Source: an uncultured bacterium
GTDB taxonomy: Bacteria > Patescibacteriota > Minisyncoccia > Phycocordibacterales > Phycocordibacteraceae
Assembly: GCA_943914435.1 (NCBI GenBank)
Contig: CALUBY010000002.1
Span: forward strand, 1-43,997
Direction of reading: 5' to 3'
Length of the DNA stretch: 43,997 bases
Both the position numbers and the translations under genes were made by a program. The notes below the pieces were generated by a model, which was given only the letters and a program-made list of their open reading frames with translations, was not told the origin of the DNA and did not search any database. Positions 17,819 to 26,351 of this stretch are shown here, piece after piece; position 1 is the stretch's first letter; each line of letters opens with the position of its first letter.

Positions 17819-18664
17819 TCACATGATCCGGTCAACCAGACCGGGCAGCCGTTTCGAGAGTGTCGCCATGTCTTGGAATTTCCGAAGCGTCTCGTCGACA
17901 CTTTCACCCTCACGATACCCTTGCTTATCCTCGTACGCACCTTCGTGCGTGCGAATCCGCCAGGAACCGTTGTCGATGTCATCGGCCAGAAGCAACCCAC
18001 GGGTGGGATGCATACCGAACTCGACTTTTATATCAACAAGTCGGCGCTCAAGTATCTCAAACGCCGCCCTAAGAAGACGTGCCACAGATGTAGCCGTTTC
18101 CTCCATGAGATTGATGGTATTTGAGATATCGTTAACCCCACGAGGGAAGATATCCTGAAGCGAGAGCACCTGAAATGCTTTCTGCCACTCGAGGGTCGTG
18201 TGCGGATCATAGAGATGCGCATCGTTCCCTTCAATACGAAGCAAGGGATCGTCACAGGGGAACACCTGGTCTTGGTACATCTTATCCTTAGTCTTCAGAT
18301 AGAACTCCACGAGGGGTTCAGGAAACGGATCACCCTTCGTGCTCATGGGATGTCTCTCAAGATACGACCCGTCAGCCTCGAAGCGAACGACCACCTCGAG
18401 CGGTATCATCGTGCACAGATGCATGAACAGCATCGTGTCGTCATCACGATCACGCCCGATGAATGCCGTCCGAATGCCGCACTCGTTCAGCAGTGTGAAC
18501 ACGTTTGTAATCGTCTCAGCTGAAGCTCGAGCCTTACCTTCGACGATGTCGCGACGCGCACCGTCCCCTGCGGTAATGTCTTCTTTAATCTTCACGTGCG
18601 CAATCTGTATGCGGGTGATGATTTTTGTCTTTCCTTCTGTCATCTCTATACCCTCTTCTGACAT
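17819..18664 (-). CDS. purC: SAICAR synthetase-like protein
   Basis: 281 aa that aligns by eye to PurC (GKTKII, EDITAGDGARRDIVEGKA, IPLEVVVRFEADGS, LVDIKVEFG, DNGSWRI). Confidence 0.75.
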   Translation of the reverse strand: MSEEGIEMTEGKTKIITRIQIAHVKIKEDITAGDGARRDIVEGKARASAETITNVFTLLNECGIRTAFIGRDRDDDTMLFMHLCTMIPLEVVVRFEADGSYLERHPMSTKGDPFPEPLVEFYLKTKDKMYQDQVFPCDDPLLRIEGNDAHLYDPHTTLEWQKAFQVLSLQDIFPRGVNDISNTINLMEETATSVARLLRAAFEILERRLVDIKVEFGMHPTRGLLLADDIDNGSWRIRTHEGAYEDKQGYREGESVDETLRKFQDMATLSKRLPGLVDRIM

Positions 18665-18698
18665 GAGGGACCAAAGGTCCCGGGACTGTTCCGGCAGG

Positions 18699-18707
18699 AC
18701 TATAGCA
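18699..18707 (-). promoter_or_regulatory. Extended -10 promoter TGCTATAGT
   Basis: It lies 35 nt upstream of the purC-like ATG. The short leader contains the hairpin GGGACC-UUU-GGUCCC (18667-18681), which abuts the start codon. Confidence 0.45.
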
Positions 18708-18727
18708 TCAATAGAAGTACAACACGA

Positions 18728-18757
18728 GAAAGACCCGCTCTGTAGAGCGGGTCTTTC
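18728..18757 (-). terminator. Intrinsic terminator-like hairpin after the holin-like gene
   Basis: GAAAGACCCGCUC-UACA-GAGCGGGUCUUUC, a 13-bp stem with a weak U-tract. Confidence 0.6.
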
Positions 18758-18771
18758 TTATCTCTCACGTA

Positions 18772-19101
18772 CTACTTTCGGATTGCTCCAAAGAGCCCGG
18801 ACACAAGAGCCACAACGATACCGAAGAAGAATGCCGGCCAGAACCCTGCCACCATGAATCCCGGCACGATAAGTCCGGCAAGCATGATAAGAAGAGCGTT
18901 TACCACGAGCGAAAACAACCCGAGCGTAAATATATTCAGCGGCAGCGTAAGCAGGTTAATAATCGGCTTGAAGAATATATTGATGATACCGAGTACTACC
19001 GCCAGCACGAGGGCCCCAATAAGGGTTACCTCAATACCCGGAATCAAGTACGCTGCAATACCAATTGCGAGCGCTGAAACTATCCAATGGACTATAGTCA
19101 T
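18772..19101 (-). CDS. Four-TM small membrane protein, phage holin family IV / DUF360-like
   Basis: 109 aa, almost entirely hydrophobic (YLIPGIEV..., LGLFSLVVNALLIML). Confidence 0.65.
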   Translation of the reverse strand: MTIVHWIVSALAIGIAAYLIPGIEVTLIGALVLAVVLGIINIFFKPIINLLTLPLNIFTLGLFSLVVNALLIMLAGLIVPGFMVAGFWPAFFFGIVVALVSGLFGAIRK

Positions 19102-19187
19102 GCGTTAAGAGTGTTAGGAATTACCAACTTTTATACTCTAAGCATACTCTATACGAATGAAGGGTTCATGAGCCTTGGTGCACAGCG

Positions 19188-19859
19188 TTAACGCGCAAAA
19201 GAAAAAGAGGAAACAATGGCATCGAGGGCTGCGTACTCAGAAGCAAGAGTCTCGTCTGAAATGTCGCTAGAGCTTGGTGCATCTTCTCGGTACGAAGACC
19301 CCGTACGCACCTTCTCCATAGCAATACATGAGTTCTCAAACACGGTCCGATACGAAATCCCCTCTGCGTACTGCATCATGCCTGCACTCTGAAACGAGAA
19401 CGCACTCCAGGTGTGGCCTTGTATGATGACATCCGGAAGTTTTGTCTCGCCCTGCTCCTCTGCCGCTTCTTTGCAGCGAGCAACCTCATCAGGATCAGAC
19501 GACGCACCGATGCGCACCATTGCATTAAAGTAGCGAGGATAGGCAGTATCGTTTGTTACCTGATACGGCACTATCGCAACAACCGGCACTCCCTCTCCTG
19601 TCGGTAATGCATGTGCGCGCCACAAAGACCCAAGATGATAGCCTGGATCAAACTCATACGAAACAAGAGCGTCGTCAGGGTAAAAAAGGGAGAATCCATA
19701 CGTACCATTGGTATAGATTGAAAGCCCGGGAGTTAGGTCAGGGGGAGGCGTGACGGAAACACTCCGTACTTCCTTGCTCGTATCAAGCAAATACCAGCTT
19801 GCCCCTCCGCCAATAGCAATGAGAGCAAGAACAAACGCAACGAGCATGAGTCGATTCAT
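19188..19859 (-). CDS. Hypothetical membrane-anchored protein
   Basis: The ORF track starts it at a GTG (19898). I prefer the internal ATG that gives MNRLMLVAFVLALIAIGG, a signal anchor. The start remains uncertain. Confidence 0.6.
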   Translation of the reverse strand: MNRLMLVAFVLALIAIGGGASWYLLDTSKEVRSVSVTPPPDLTPGLSIYTNGTYGFSLFYPDDALVSYEFDPGYHLGSLWRAHALPTGEGVPVVAIVPYQVTNDTAYPRYFNAMVRIGASSDPDEVARCKEAAEEQGETKLPDVIIQGHTWSAFSFQSAGMMQYAEGISYRTVFENSCIAMEKVRTGSSYREDAPSSSDISDETLASEYAALDAIVSSFSFAR

Positions 19860-19898
19860 ACAAAGAGTATAGTGCATGACGCACCAAACACTCGACAC

Positions 19899-20324
19899 TT
19901 ACAGACGATATATGTCATTCACAAGAACTAGATCGTTCTTAACCGTGCCACTGACACGAACGCGCTGGTCGGTTTGAAATGATAGCTCGGGCTGATTGGT
20001 TGCACATGGCAAGTTAAGCTCTGCACATTTTGCCTGACCATCAAACACCAGTCGCTTAGTCTTTACCTGAGGCTTCCCCTGCTCGCTATAATGCGTATAG
20101 AGAAGATACATCGTACCTGTTTGACTCTGGGTTTCATCAAGAAGAAGTGTCCCCTCCTCCTGGAATAATCCTTCCTCAGCCTCCGGCGCAAGGAGCACTG
20201 ATGCAGACAGGGTTGAACCTTCTCCTAGACGAGACAATTCACTCGGTGCCGACCTACCACTTGCCCACACCCAAAGCCCCCCAATAACAAGGACAAGGGC
20301 TAGTACTTTTACGAGTGTTTCCAT
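19899..20324 (-). CDS. Hypothetical membrane-anchored protein
   Basis: 141 aa with an N-terminal TM helix (LVKVLALVLVIGGLWVWA). Its stop codon abuts the next ORF. Confidence 0.6.
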   Translation of the reverse strand: METLVKVLALVLVIGGLWVWASGRSAPSELSRLGEGSTLSASVLLAPEAEEGLFQEEGTLLLDETQSQTGTMYLLYTHYSEQGKPQVKTKRLVFDGQAKCAELNLPCATNQPELSFQTDQRVRVSGTVKNDLVLVNDIYRL

Positions 20325-20378
20325 AGTGTGAACACGATATCAAAAACGTCTTGTGCTTTTCGTGAAGCACCACCGACG

Positions 20379-21401
20379 CTAGCGCGTGCGGAATGGTGAG
20401 AAAAAGCGGAAGGCAGGAGAACCAGAGCCACGCTCTGGAGTTGATGTTGCAATCTCAATCTCCGTAGTGGTTGTTGCGGTAGTAGTGGCGGTTGTTGTGG
20501 CGGTGGTCGTTGCACTACTCATGACACTCATAAGCATCATCTCCTCAGGCTGCTTCGTTAAAAAGAGTACCGGGGACGCAGTGTTTTCAGACACCTCAGA
20601 GTCGTCATGTGAGCGCATCGTGGCAAGAATAGATACCTCACCCTCTTCACTTTCTGCGAGCACATCAAGAGCGAGTGCTGAATCAAGGCGCTCACGTGTT
20701 GTTGCAAGCGACCGTGACTTCTCCCTCACCTGAGCAGCAAACGTATTGGCGGGAGTTTCAGATACTGCAATCATCGTCCGCTCAACCGAGTCCGAAAGAG
20801 AGGTATCGACCGCAGCAAGGGCAATTTCATTTACTTTTGCCGTGAGTTTTTGTTCAAGGTCACTTCTGACCGCGAGCGATACAGCGATATCACCCTTTGC
20901 TTCAAGGGTACCCGTCTCTTTTGCAAGAGCATCGACATGCTCATTAAATCGCGCAGCAAGCTCGACAGCGTTCTTCTCATCGAGCTTTCCTGCCGATGAC
21001 AACGTTACGGCTTCATCCACTCGGCGAGACGCGTAGCGTGCAGCGAGTTCAGCACGTCCTTCGGTAGAGGTGGTGAGCGCAAGAGCAATAGGCTCAGCCA
21101 CCGCAACCTTCATGGGATATAAAATGTCGCCCGGCACCGCCTTCTCACTCGCAAAACTTGCCTGAGTGCCTCCGGCAACGATAAGAACGAGCGCAAGTGC
21201 ACCAGCGTACAGGCTTCGTGAGCGGATCCAGAGTATAGAAAAAAGAGGAGTGGACACTCGTGAGCGTGTCTGCGGAAGCACATGGAGATCAGTGTATGCC
21301 GAGAGCTCTTCGCGCATACGCTCGCGCGTAGTAGCAGAAAGAACCACGCTTTTGAACGCGTGCAGCACATCAATAGGATTACGTTTCGGTGAATTATTCA
21401 T
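20379..21401 (-). CDS. Putative anti-sigma factor / membrane protein (recalls DUF5667-type proteins; unverified)
   Basis: 340 aa. It overlaps the sigma gene stop by 8 nt. It has a single TM helix (LYAGALALVLIVAGG), a helical extracytoplasmic part and an (ATTT)4 tail. Confidence 0.65.
   Translation of the reverse strand: MNNSPKRNPIDVLHAFKSVVLSATTRERMREELSAYTDLHVLPQTRSRVSTPLFSILWIRSRSLYAGALALVLIVAGGTQASFASEKAVPGDILYPMKVAVAEPIALALTTSTEGRAELAARYASRRVDEAVTLSSAGKLDEKNAVELAARFNEHVDALAKETGTLEAKGDIAVSLAVRSDLEQKLTAKVNEIALAAVDTSLSDSVERTMIAVSETPANTFAAQVREKSRSLATTRERLDSALALDVLAESEEGEVSILATMRSHDDSEVSENTASPVLFLTKQPEEMMLMSVMSSATTTATTTATTTATTTTEIEIATSTPERGSGSPAFRFFSPFRTR
20463..20513 (-). repeat. Imperfect 12-bp tandem repeat x4 encoding (Ala-Thr-Thr-Thr)4
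   Basis: GCAACGACCACC GCCACAACAACC GCCACTACTACC GCAACAACCACT. The variation between units is synonymous. Confidence 0.8.
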
Positions 21402-21900
21402 GGGTATGCATGAGAGTGCGGACTTTCTTTAGGGCGCGATTGAGACGTACCGACACGACGTTGGTGGATTCTCCGGTAACCTGAGCAATCTCCTTTGGCG
21501 TAAACCCTTCAACGTACCGCATCATAATAACTTCACGCGAGGGCTCATCAAGAGTTGAAATGACGTTGAGTGCTTCTTTCATTTCAGCCTCACGCGTTAC
21601 GTCAGGTGCGTCTTCGCCCCTAAACTCAATACCAGTATCGGTTATCTCATCGAGAGACGATTCTCTCTTTTTTCGGTACCAGTCAATCACAAGGTTCCGG
21701 GCAATAGTATAAAGAAGCGCTCGCTCGCTTCGCATAGAAGTACCCTCCCGCAGTGCCTGCCAGAAGCGCGTAAACACCTCCTGGGTAATGTCCTCAGCAA
21801 GCTCTTTCGTACTTACCTTAAACACACAGAATCTATAGATATCGTCCGCGTAGGCGTCGTATATCTGTAGAAAATAGGCCTTTGTTTCCTCGTGGTCCAT
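21394..21900 (-). CDS. ECF-type sigma-70 family RNA polymerase sigma factor
   Basis: Region 2 (DITQEVFTRFWQAL, LLYTIARNLVIDWYRKK) and region 4 (EIAQVTGESTNVVSVRLNRALKKV) are present. The start was moved to MDHEETKAYF, because the 52 upstream codons of the track ORF look non-coding. Confidence 0.85.
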   Translation of the reverse strand: MDHEETKAYFLQIYDAYADDIYRFCVFKVSTKELAEDITQEVFTRFWQALREGTSMRSERALLYTIARNLVIDWYRKKRESSLDEITDTGIEFRGEDAPDVTREAEMKEALNVISTLDEPSREVIMMRYVEGFTPKEIAQVTGESTNVVSVRLNRALKKVRTLMHTHE

Positions 21901-22043
21901 AAAGTATGACGTACCGAAAGACAGACTCTTAGCACACCCGTGTGAGGTGTGCGTTGGGGACCCGTTGTCTTCCCGTCCTTCCATACTCGCACATGCCCTT
22001 GGGTCGAGCCAACCCACCCACCTGGACAAGAGAATGTGGACCC

Positions 22044-22084
22044 AAAAAAAGAACACCCGCGACCTGTCGGTCGCGGGTGTTCTT
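22044..22084 (-). terminator. Intrinsic terminator
   Basis: Minus strand reads GAACACCCGCGACC-GACA-GGUCGCGGGUGUUC followed by UUUUUUU. Confidence 0.85.
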
Positions 22085-22092
22085 TATTACTC

Positions 22093-22566
22093 CTACTTCT
22101 TAACCGCCTTCTTAACCGCCTTTGCTACCTTCTTAGGAGCAGCCTTCTTGGCAGTCTTCTTTGCTGAGGTTGTTGCCTTTTTGGCAGCACCACGCAGTTC
22201 CTTCTTTACGCTCTCCCAGTTGCTCTTCAGCTCGGTAACCGCAGCACGAAGATCACCTGGAGTAACGTCGTCAAGTCCCTTGTATGCCTTTGCTGCAGTA
22301 TCAACTACTACCGCAATGGCCTTCTCGTCGAGGTCCTTCAGTTTCTTTGCCTCACGAACAACATCGTTCTTGAGTCCCTTTGCCCACTTCTGGGTAGCGT
22401 TGCGATGCTTCTTCGCATCCTTCGTACCATAGAAGTAGTACCCCGCTGCAGAAGCAGCAGCGACAGCAGCAAGTACACCTGCACCTATCTCTGCTTTCTG
22501 CATACCACTCATCTTATTCGAGGTCTTCTTTGCCGGAGCCTTCTTTGCGGTCTTCTTAGTTGCCAT
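22093..22566 (-). CDS. Lys/Ala-rich protein with one TM helix (YtxH-like)
   Basis: 157 aa with AKK-type basic repeats at both ends and a central helical part. Confidence 0.6.
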   Translation of the reverse strand: MATKKTAKKAPAKKTSNKMSGMQKAEIGAGVLAAVAAASAAGYYFYGTKDAKKHRNATQKWAKGLKNDVVREAKKLKDLDEKAIAVVVDTAAKAYKGLDDVTPGDLRAAVTELKSNWESVKKELRGAAKKATTSAKKTAKKAAPKKVAKAVKKAVKK

Positions 22567-22586
22567 ACACGTAGATTACAAAATGA

Positions 22587-22871
22587 TTATGATGATGATT
22601 CCTTCTTAGTACGACGCTTTGGTTTTACGAGACCTGTAAGAAGACCGAGCATTTGTCCTGCCTTAATTGTTTCTCGCTTCACCGTAGCGCGCACTTCCCG
22701 GATGTCATCCCGGATCCCCTCCGCTTCTTCCTGAACGATTTCAGACACCTCGTCTACCGTCTTAAGAATGCGCAGGAGCCGGATGAGCACCATCGCCAAG
22801 AGTACAGACACTAAAACAATCGCGACGGTTGCCACGACGAAGAAAATATCCATCTTGAGAAAGTCATCCAT
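22587..22871 (-). CDS. Small membrane-anchored helical protein (DUF948-like; unverified)
   Basis: 94 aa with an N-terminal TM helix followed by a charged helix. Confidence 0.55.
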   Translation of the reverse strand: MDDFLKMDIFFVVATVAIVLVSVLLAMVLIRLLRILKTVDEVSEIVQEEAEGIRDDIREVRATVKRETIKAGQMLGLLTGLVKPKRRTKKESSS

Positions 22872-22939
22872 CCGTACTCGTATGGTAGCCTGCCTAGCGT
22901 TGGACGCAAGTAGGGATGTGTATAAGCACAGAGGAGAGT

Positions 22940-23359
22940 TTAGGAAGGAATATAGATAGTATTGGCTCGCCAGTGCTCAATAACCGTTCCGCTCGGAAGA
23001 AAGAGGTTTTCGGGTAGTTCGTCGACACCATACCATTTCCAGTTTGCTGCCTTCTCAGGTTCTTTGCAGATAGGCTCACCTGACTTCCATTCAGCGGTCA
23101 TGCCGATAGTAATAAAGTGCTTTCCATACACCCGGTCGCTACTCACGCATACCATATCCTTCACAACGATATCGGTTAGCCCAGTCTCCTCCTCCACTTC
23201 CCGCCTCGCGGTGTCTTCAAATGATTCACCGTGTTCCATGTGACCACCCGGCAAGCTATACGACCCAGCCCCATGACTTGCGAGTCGTTCGCACAAGAGC
23301 ACCTTTCCCTCTTTGAGAATAATCACTCCTACACCCACCTTTGGTCGTTCGTGTTCCAT
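22940..23359 (-). CDS. NUDIX hydrolase
   Basis: Canonical Nudix box GGHMEHGESFEDTARREVEEETGL. Confidence 0.9.
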   Translation of the reverse strand: MEHERPKVGVGVIILKEGKVLLCERLASHGAGSYSLPGGHMEHGESFEDTARREVEEETGLTDIVVKDMVCVSSDRVYGKHFITIGMTAEWKSGEPICKEPEKAANWKWYGVDELPENLFLPSGTVIEHWRANTIYIPS

Positions 23360-23384
23360 GCGGAAAGTATACCAATGACCCTAC

Positions 23385-24182
23385 ATGCGTTACTGTAGAC
23401 CCATGCACAAGCCCGCGCGCAAAGGAACATCACATCGACAGCCAAAGCCCGCACCTGCTCAGGAGACGGAGGCAGTGTTTCCTATGCGAGTAAACAAGTA
23501 TCTTGCAATGAAGGGTATCGCTACCAGACGCGATGCAGATGTCTTCATTGAAAAAAGAAAAGTCTTTATAAATGATCGTGTTGCACAGCTTGGCGACAAG
23601 GTACTTGAGACCGACAAGGTAGAAATCCGTGGACAGGAACGACCGAAGACCTACACCTATCTTGCGTTCAACAAGCCGGCTGGCATGGACACGCACCAAG
23701 AAGCAAAGGGTGAGCCCAACGTGCTTGATTCCCTTCCAAGCGATTTACAGCGTCTTGCGCTCTTTCCGGTAGGAAGGCTCGATAAGGCATCGAGTGGTCT
23801 CCTCATCCTTACGAACGACGGACGCATAACAGACCGCCTTCTTAATCCAAAGTACGCTCACGAAAAAACCTACGACGTAACGACAAAGAAACCTCTACGT
23901 TCTTCTTTTAAGGAAAAGATGGAAGCAGGAGTAGACATTGAGGGGTACGTCACAAAACCCGCAAAGGTTGAGATAGTGGGTGCAGACCATTTTCGCGTCA
24001 CCCTAACCGAAGGTAAAACCCACCAGGTGCGTCGCATGGTTGTCGCCCTCTTTAATGAAGTGAAAACCCTAAGACGGACGAGTATCATGGGTATTCGACT
24101 AGGTCCCGTAAAGCTTGGCGGATACCGCCCTATTGAAGGAAAAGAGCTTGCAAAGTTCCTTTCAGATCTTGGTCTTGCTTAG
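23385..24182 (+). CDS. Pseudouridine synthase, RsuA/RluB family, with S4 domain
   Basis: S4 domain (MRVNKYLAMKGIATRRDADVFIE) and catalytic GRLDKASSGLLILTNDG. The start is ambiguous, because the basic 33-aa N-extension may not be translated. Confidence 0.85.
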   Translation: MRYCRPMHKPARKGTSHRQPKPAPAQETEAVFPMRVNKYLAMKGIATRRDADVFIEKRKVFINDRVAQLGDKVLETDKVEIRGQERPKTYTYLAFNKPAGMDTHQEAKGEPNVLDSLPSDLQRLALFPVGRLDKASSGLLILTNDGRITDRLLNPKYAHEKTYDVTTKKPLRSSFKEKMEAGVDIEGYVTKPAKVEIVGADHFRVTLTEGKTHQVRRMVVALFNEVKTLRRTSIMGIRLGPVKLGGYRPIEGKELAKFLSDLGLA

Positions 24183-24485
24183 GTTCCACTGAGAAGCTGT
24201 CAAATCTACCTTCTGACCCTTAAAGGAAACCCCTTCCTGCACAAGCAGCTCACGCTTGGTAGAGACACCTTTTCCGGCGCTATAGCCTGTAAGCGATCCA
24301 TCAGAAGCAACAACGCGATGACACGGTGTTGAGGGAATATCAGGATTAGTGCGCATCGCTGTTCCTACCGCCCGTGCAGCCTTTGGGTTCCCTGCAAGAG
24401 ATGCGAGCTGTCCATACGTCACCACCGTTCCTTTGGGTACGGTCCGCAAGACGGTATATACCTTTTCCGTAAACGTGCTTTTCAT
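24162..24485 (-). CDS. O6-alkylguanine-DNA alkyltransferase-type protein (MGMT C-domain only)
   Basis: 107 aa with active-site PCHRVV and a helix-turn-helix (YGQLASLAGNPKAARAVG). Its 3' end overlaps the convergent synthase gene by 21 nt. Confidence 0.85.
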   Translation of the reverse strand: MKSTFTEKVYTVLRTVPKGTVVTYGQLASLAGNPKAARAVGTAMRTNPDIPSTPCHRVVASDGSLTGYSAGKGVSTKRELLVQEGVSFKGQKVDLTASQWNLSKTKI

Positions 24486-24500
24486 ACCCGCATCGTATCA

Positions 24501-24532
24501 GAAAACACCCACGCATTGGCGTGGGTGTTTTC
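24501..24532 (-). terminator. Intrinsic terminator hairpin
   Basis: GAAAACACCCACGC-N4-GCGUGGGUGUUUUC, a 14-bp stem. Confidence 0.75.
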
Positions 24533-24542
24533 TGAATAAAGG

Positions 24543-25622
24543 TTACGACCCAATGAGCATGTGCGCACGAGTGAGCGGTCCGTAGTATCCACTAGCGGGA
24601 GTAATGCGTTCTGCCTGCTGATACTCGGCAAGTGCTGCCTGAGTTAGGGAACCAAAGTATCCTGTAGCACCGGCAAGAGCCAATGCTTTTGCGCGTGCGC
24701 CACTATCACTCGCAATTAGTACTACCTGAAGTGCGGTCACGTCAGCACCCTCAGAACCAATCGTTAAGTCGCGCACAACACCAGTGGCAGGAATAGCTGC
24801 CACAACACCAAGAGCATCAACTATGTCGTCAGGCATATCTATACCAGCGAGACTTGCCTGCACAAAGGTGCTGCGATACGAATCAACGAGCATACGTGCG
24901 TAATCTTCCGCATCGTCAGAATCAAGTTCTTCTAAGTATTTCTCTACGCCATCCATGCGCTCTTCGAGCGTAAACTCACGTGTAAGACGAGGATACGGAT
25001 CAATGGCCTCGCGCCCATCACGTATCTCAAAGTGAAGGTGCGTAACGCCGCCTTTCGCGTTACCCGTGTCTCCCACAAACCCGAGTATGTCCCCTGCCTC
25101 AAGCACGGTGCCTGCCTTAATACCCTCAGCAATTTCATCGAGGTGCATGTAGATAAAGCTTTCTCCACCCGGATTACGCGTTGTTACGGTAATACCGCTC
25201 GATGAGCCGTTTCCCGTACGCGTTACGACCGCTTCTGTAGGAGAAGCAATGGGCGCACCACGCGGAGCTATGAAATCTTGTCCTTCATGGGTTCGGGCAC
25301 CTCCATCACGATCATCACCAAAGTCTGAATAAATACGAGGGAGCGATAACCCGAACAGGATAGGTATAGGAATCTCTTCCACTGCATCGTCATCAAGCTT
25401 GTCGATAGCTCTCTGGGTCGCACTTGAGTATCGCTCACGGGAAGACGAGCGACTTGTGTTCGAGGAGTCTGAGTTCTGTGACGATCGTCCAGAGGTCCGG
25501 CGATAGGATTCATACCACTCCTGCCAATCCTCAGAGGATTGCGCATGAGCAACAGAAAGATCAACCGGAAGAAAGATTGAAATAATGAGCGAAGAAAGAA
25601 CAAGCGTACGAAGCATAGTCAT
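24543..25622 (-). CDS. M23 family metallopeptidase with C-terminal peptidoglycan-binding domain
   Basis: Signal anchor, HEGQDF (HxxxD), HLHFEI (HxH) and a PG_binding_1-like tail (GADVTALQVVL..GYFGSLTQAALAEYQ). Confidence 0.9.
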   Translation of the reverse strand: MTMLRTLVLSSLIISIFLPVDLSVAHAQSSEDWQEWYESYRRTSGRSSQNSDSSNTSRSSSRERYSSATQRAIDKLDDDAVEEIPIPILFGLSLPRIYSDFGDDRDGGARTHEGQDFIAPRGAPIASPTEAVVTRTGNGSSSGITVTTRNPGGESFIYMHLDEIAEGIKAGTVLEAGDILGFVGDTGNAKGGVTHLHFEIRDGREAIDPYPRLTREFTLEERMDGVEKYLEELDSDDAEDYARMLVDSYRSTFVQASLAGIDMPDDIVDALGVVAAIPATGVVRDLTIGSEGADVTALQVVLIASDSGARAKALALAGATGYFGSLTQAALAEYQQAERITPASGYYGPLTRAHMLIGS

Positions 25623-25670
25623 AGAAGTACTCAGCGAGTGAAAGGTAATGGAGTCTGCGCACGTGCGGCA

Positions 25671-25679
25671 GCTATAGCA
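25671..25679 (-). promoter_or_regulatory. Extended -10 promoter TGCTATAGC
   Basis: It shares the ATGCTATAG core with 18699-18707 and lies 49 nt upstream of the M23 peptidase ATG. Confidence 0.4.
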
Positions 25680-25721
25680 TAAGACGGAAGCAACGGGTGC
25701 TCCTTACCTGTCCCCATTACT

Positions 25722-26342
25722 TCATGAAGACGCACAAACACGTTCAAGGATTGGCTCAAGACGTTCCGCAATGCGCGCATACCCCTGCGCATTTGGATGA
25801 ATGGCGTCACTCATGAGTCGATCGTCTCCAAATATACCGGCAAGTACATTTGATACGAGTACTACCTCATGCTCTTCTGCCAGTCGTTCAAACATTGGTT
25901 TAAAAGAATCGTTTGGAAACCCTCCGACAACTCCCGCAAGAATAGGAGTTACACCTGCTGATTTCAGCGTTGAAAGTATGGTGCCTATGGTTGCCTCCGT
26001 CTCTGCTACGGGGACTCCTTGCAGAGCATCGTTACCTCCCACGAGCACAACGACAATATCAGGCTTAAGCGCAAGCACCGTTTGTATACGCGCCAAAGCG
26101 CGTGCACTCGTGTCACCACTTACTCCAAGATTATAAATAGGCACCCCAATCCGGTTACTGAGGTTCGTGAATATATCACCTCCTTTAGAAGCCCCGTATC
26201 CGGTAACCAAACTGTCACCAAAGGCTACGATTACAGGCTGACTTGATGCACACGTAAGAGAAGATGAGGTCATATATCGATACAGCATGAATCCTCCAAC
26301 CGAGAGGAGGAAAAGACAGAAAACAATAAAGAAATGACGCAT
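25722..26342 (-). CDS. SGNH/GDSL hydrolase (arylesterase-like)
   Basis: Block I AFGDSLVTGYG, block III GGNDA, block V DAIHPN, with an N-terminal TM/signal segment. Confidence 0.9.
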   Translation of the reverse strand: MRHFFIVFCLFLLSVGGFMLYRYMTSSSLTCASSQPVIVAFGDSLVTGYGASKGGDIFTNLSNRIGVPIYNLGVSGDTSARALARIQTVLALKPDIVVVLVGGNDALQGVPVAETEATIGTILSTLKSAGVTPILAGVVGGFPNDSFKPMFERLAEEHEVVLVSNVLAGIFGDDRLMSDAIHPNAQGYARIAERLEPILERVCASS

Positions 26343-26351
26343 GTACTCATT

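Noticed and set aside
20440-20520. Possible CRISPR or non-coding tandem array
   Set aside because: The 12-bp periodicity lies inside a long ORF and encodes (ATTT)4. There are no spacers and no repeat of CRISPR length. No CRISPR array or cas gene is visible anywhere in the window.
21901-22056. 52-codon N-terminal extension of the sigma-factor ORF
   Set aside because: The extension is Trp/Cys/His-rich and lies in the promoter/leader region just downstream of a strong terminator. ECF sigma factors normally start close to region 2, as MDHEETKAYF does.
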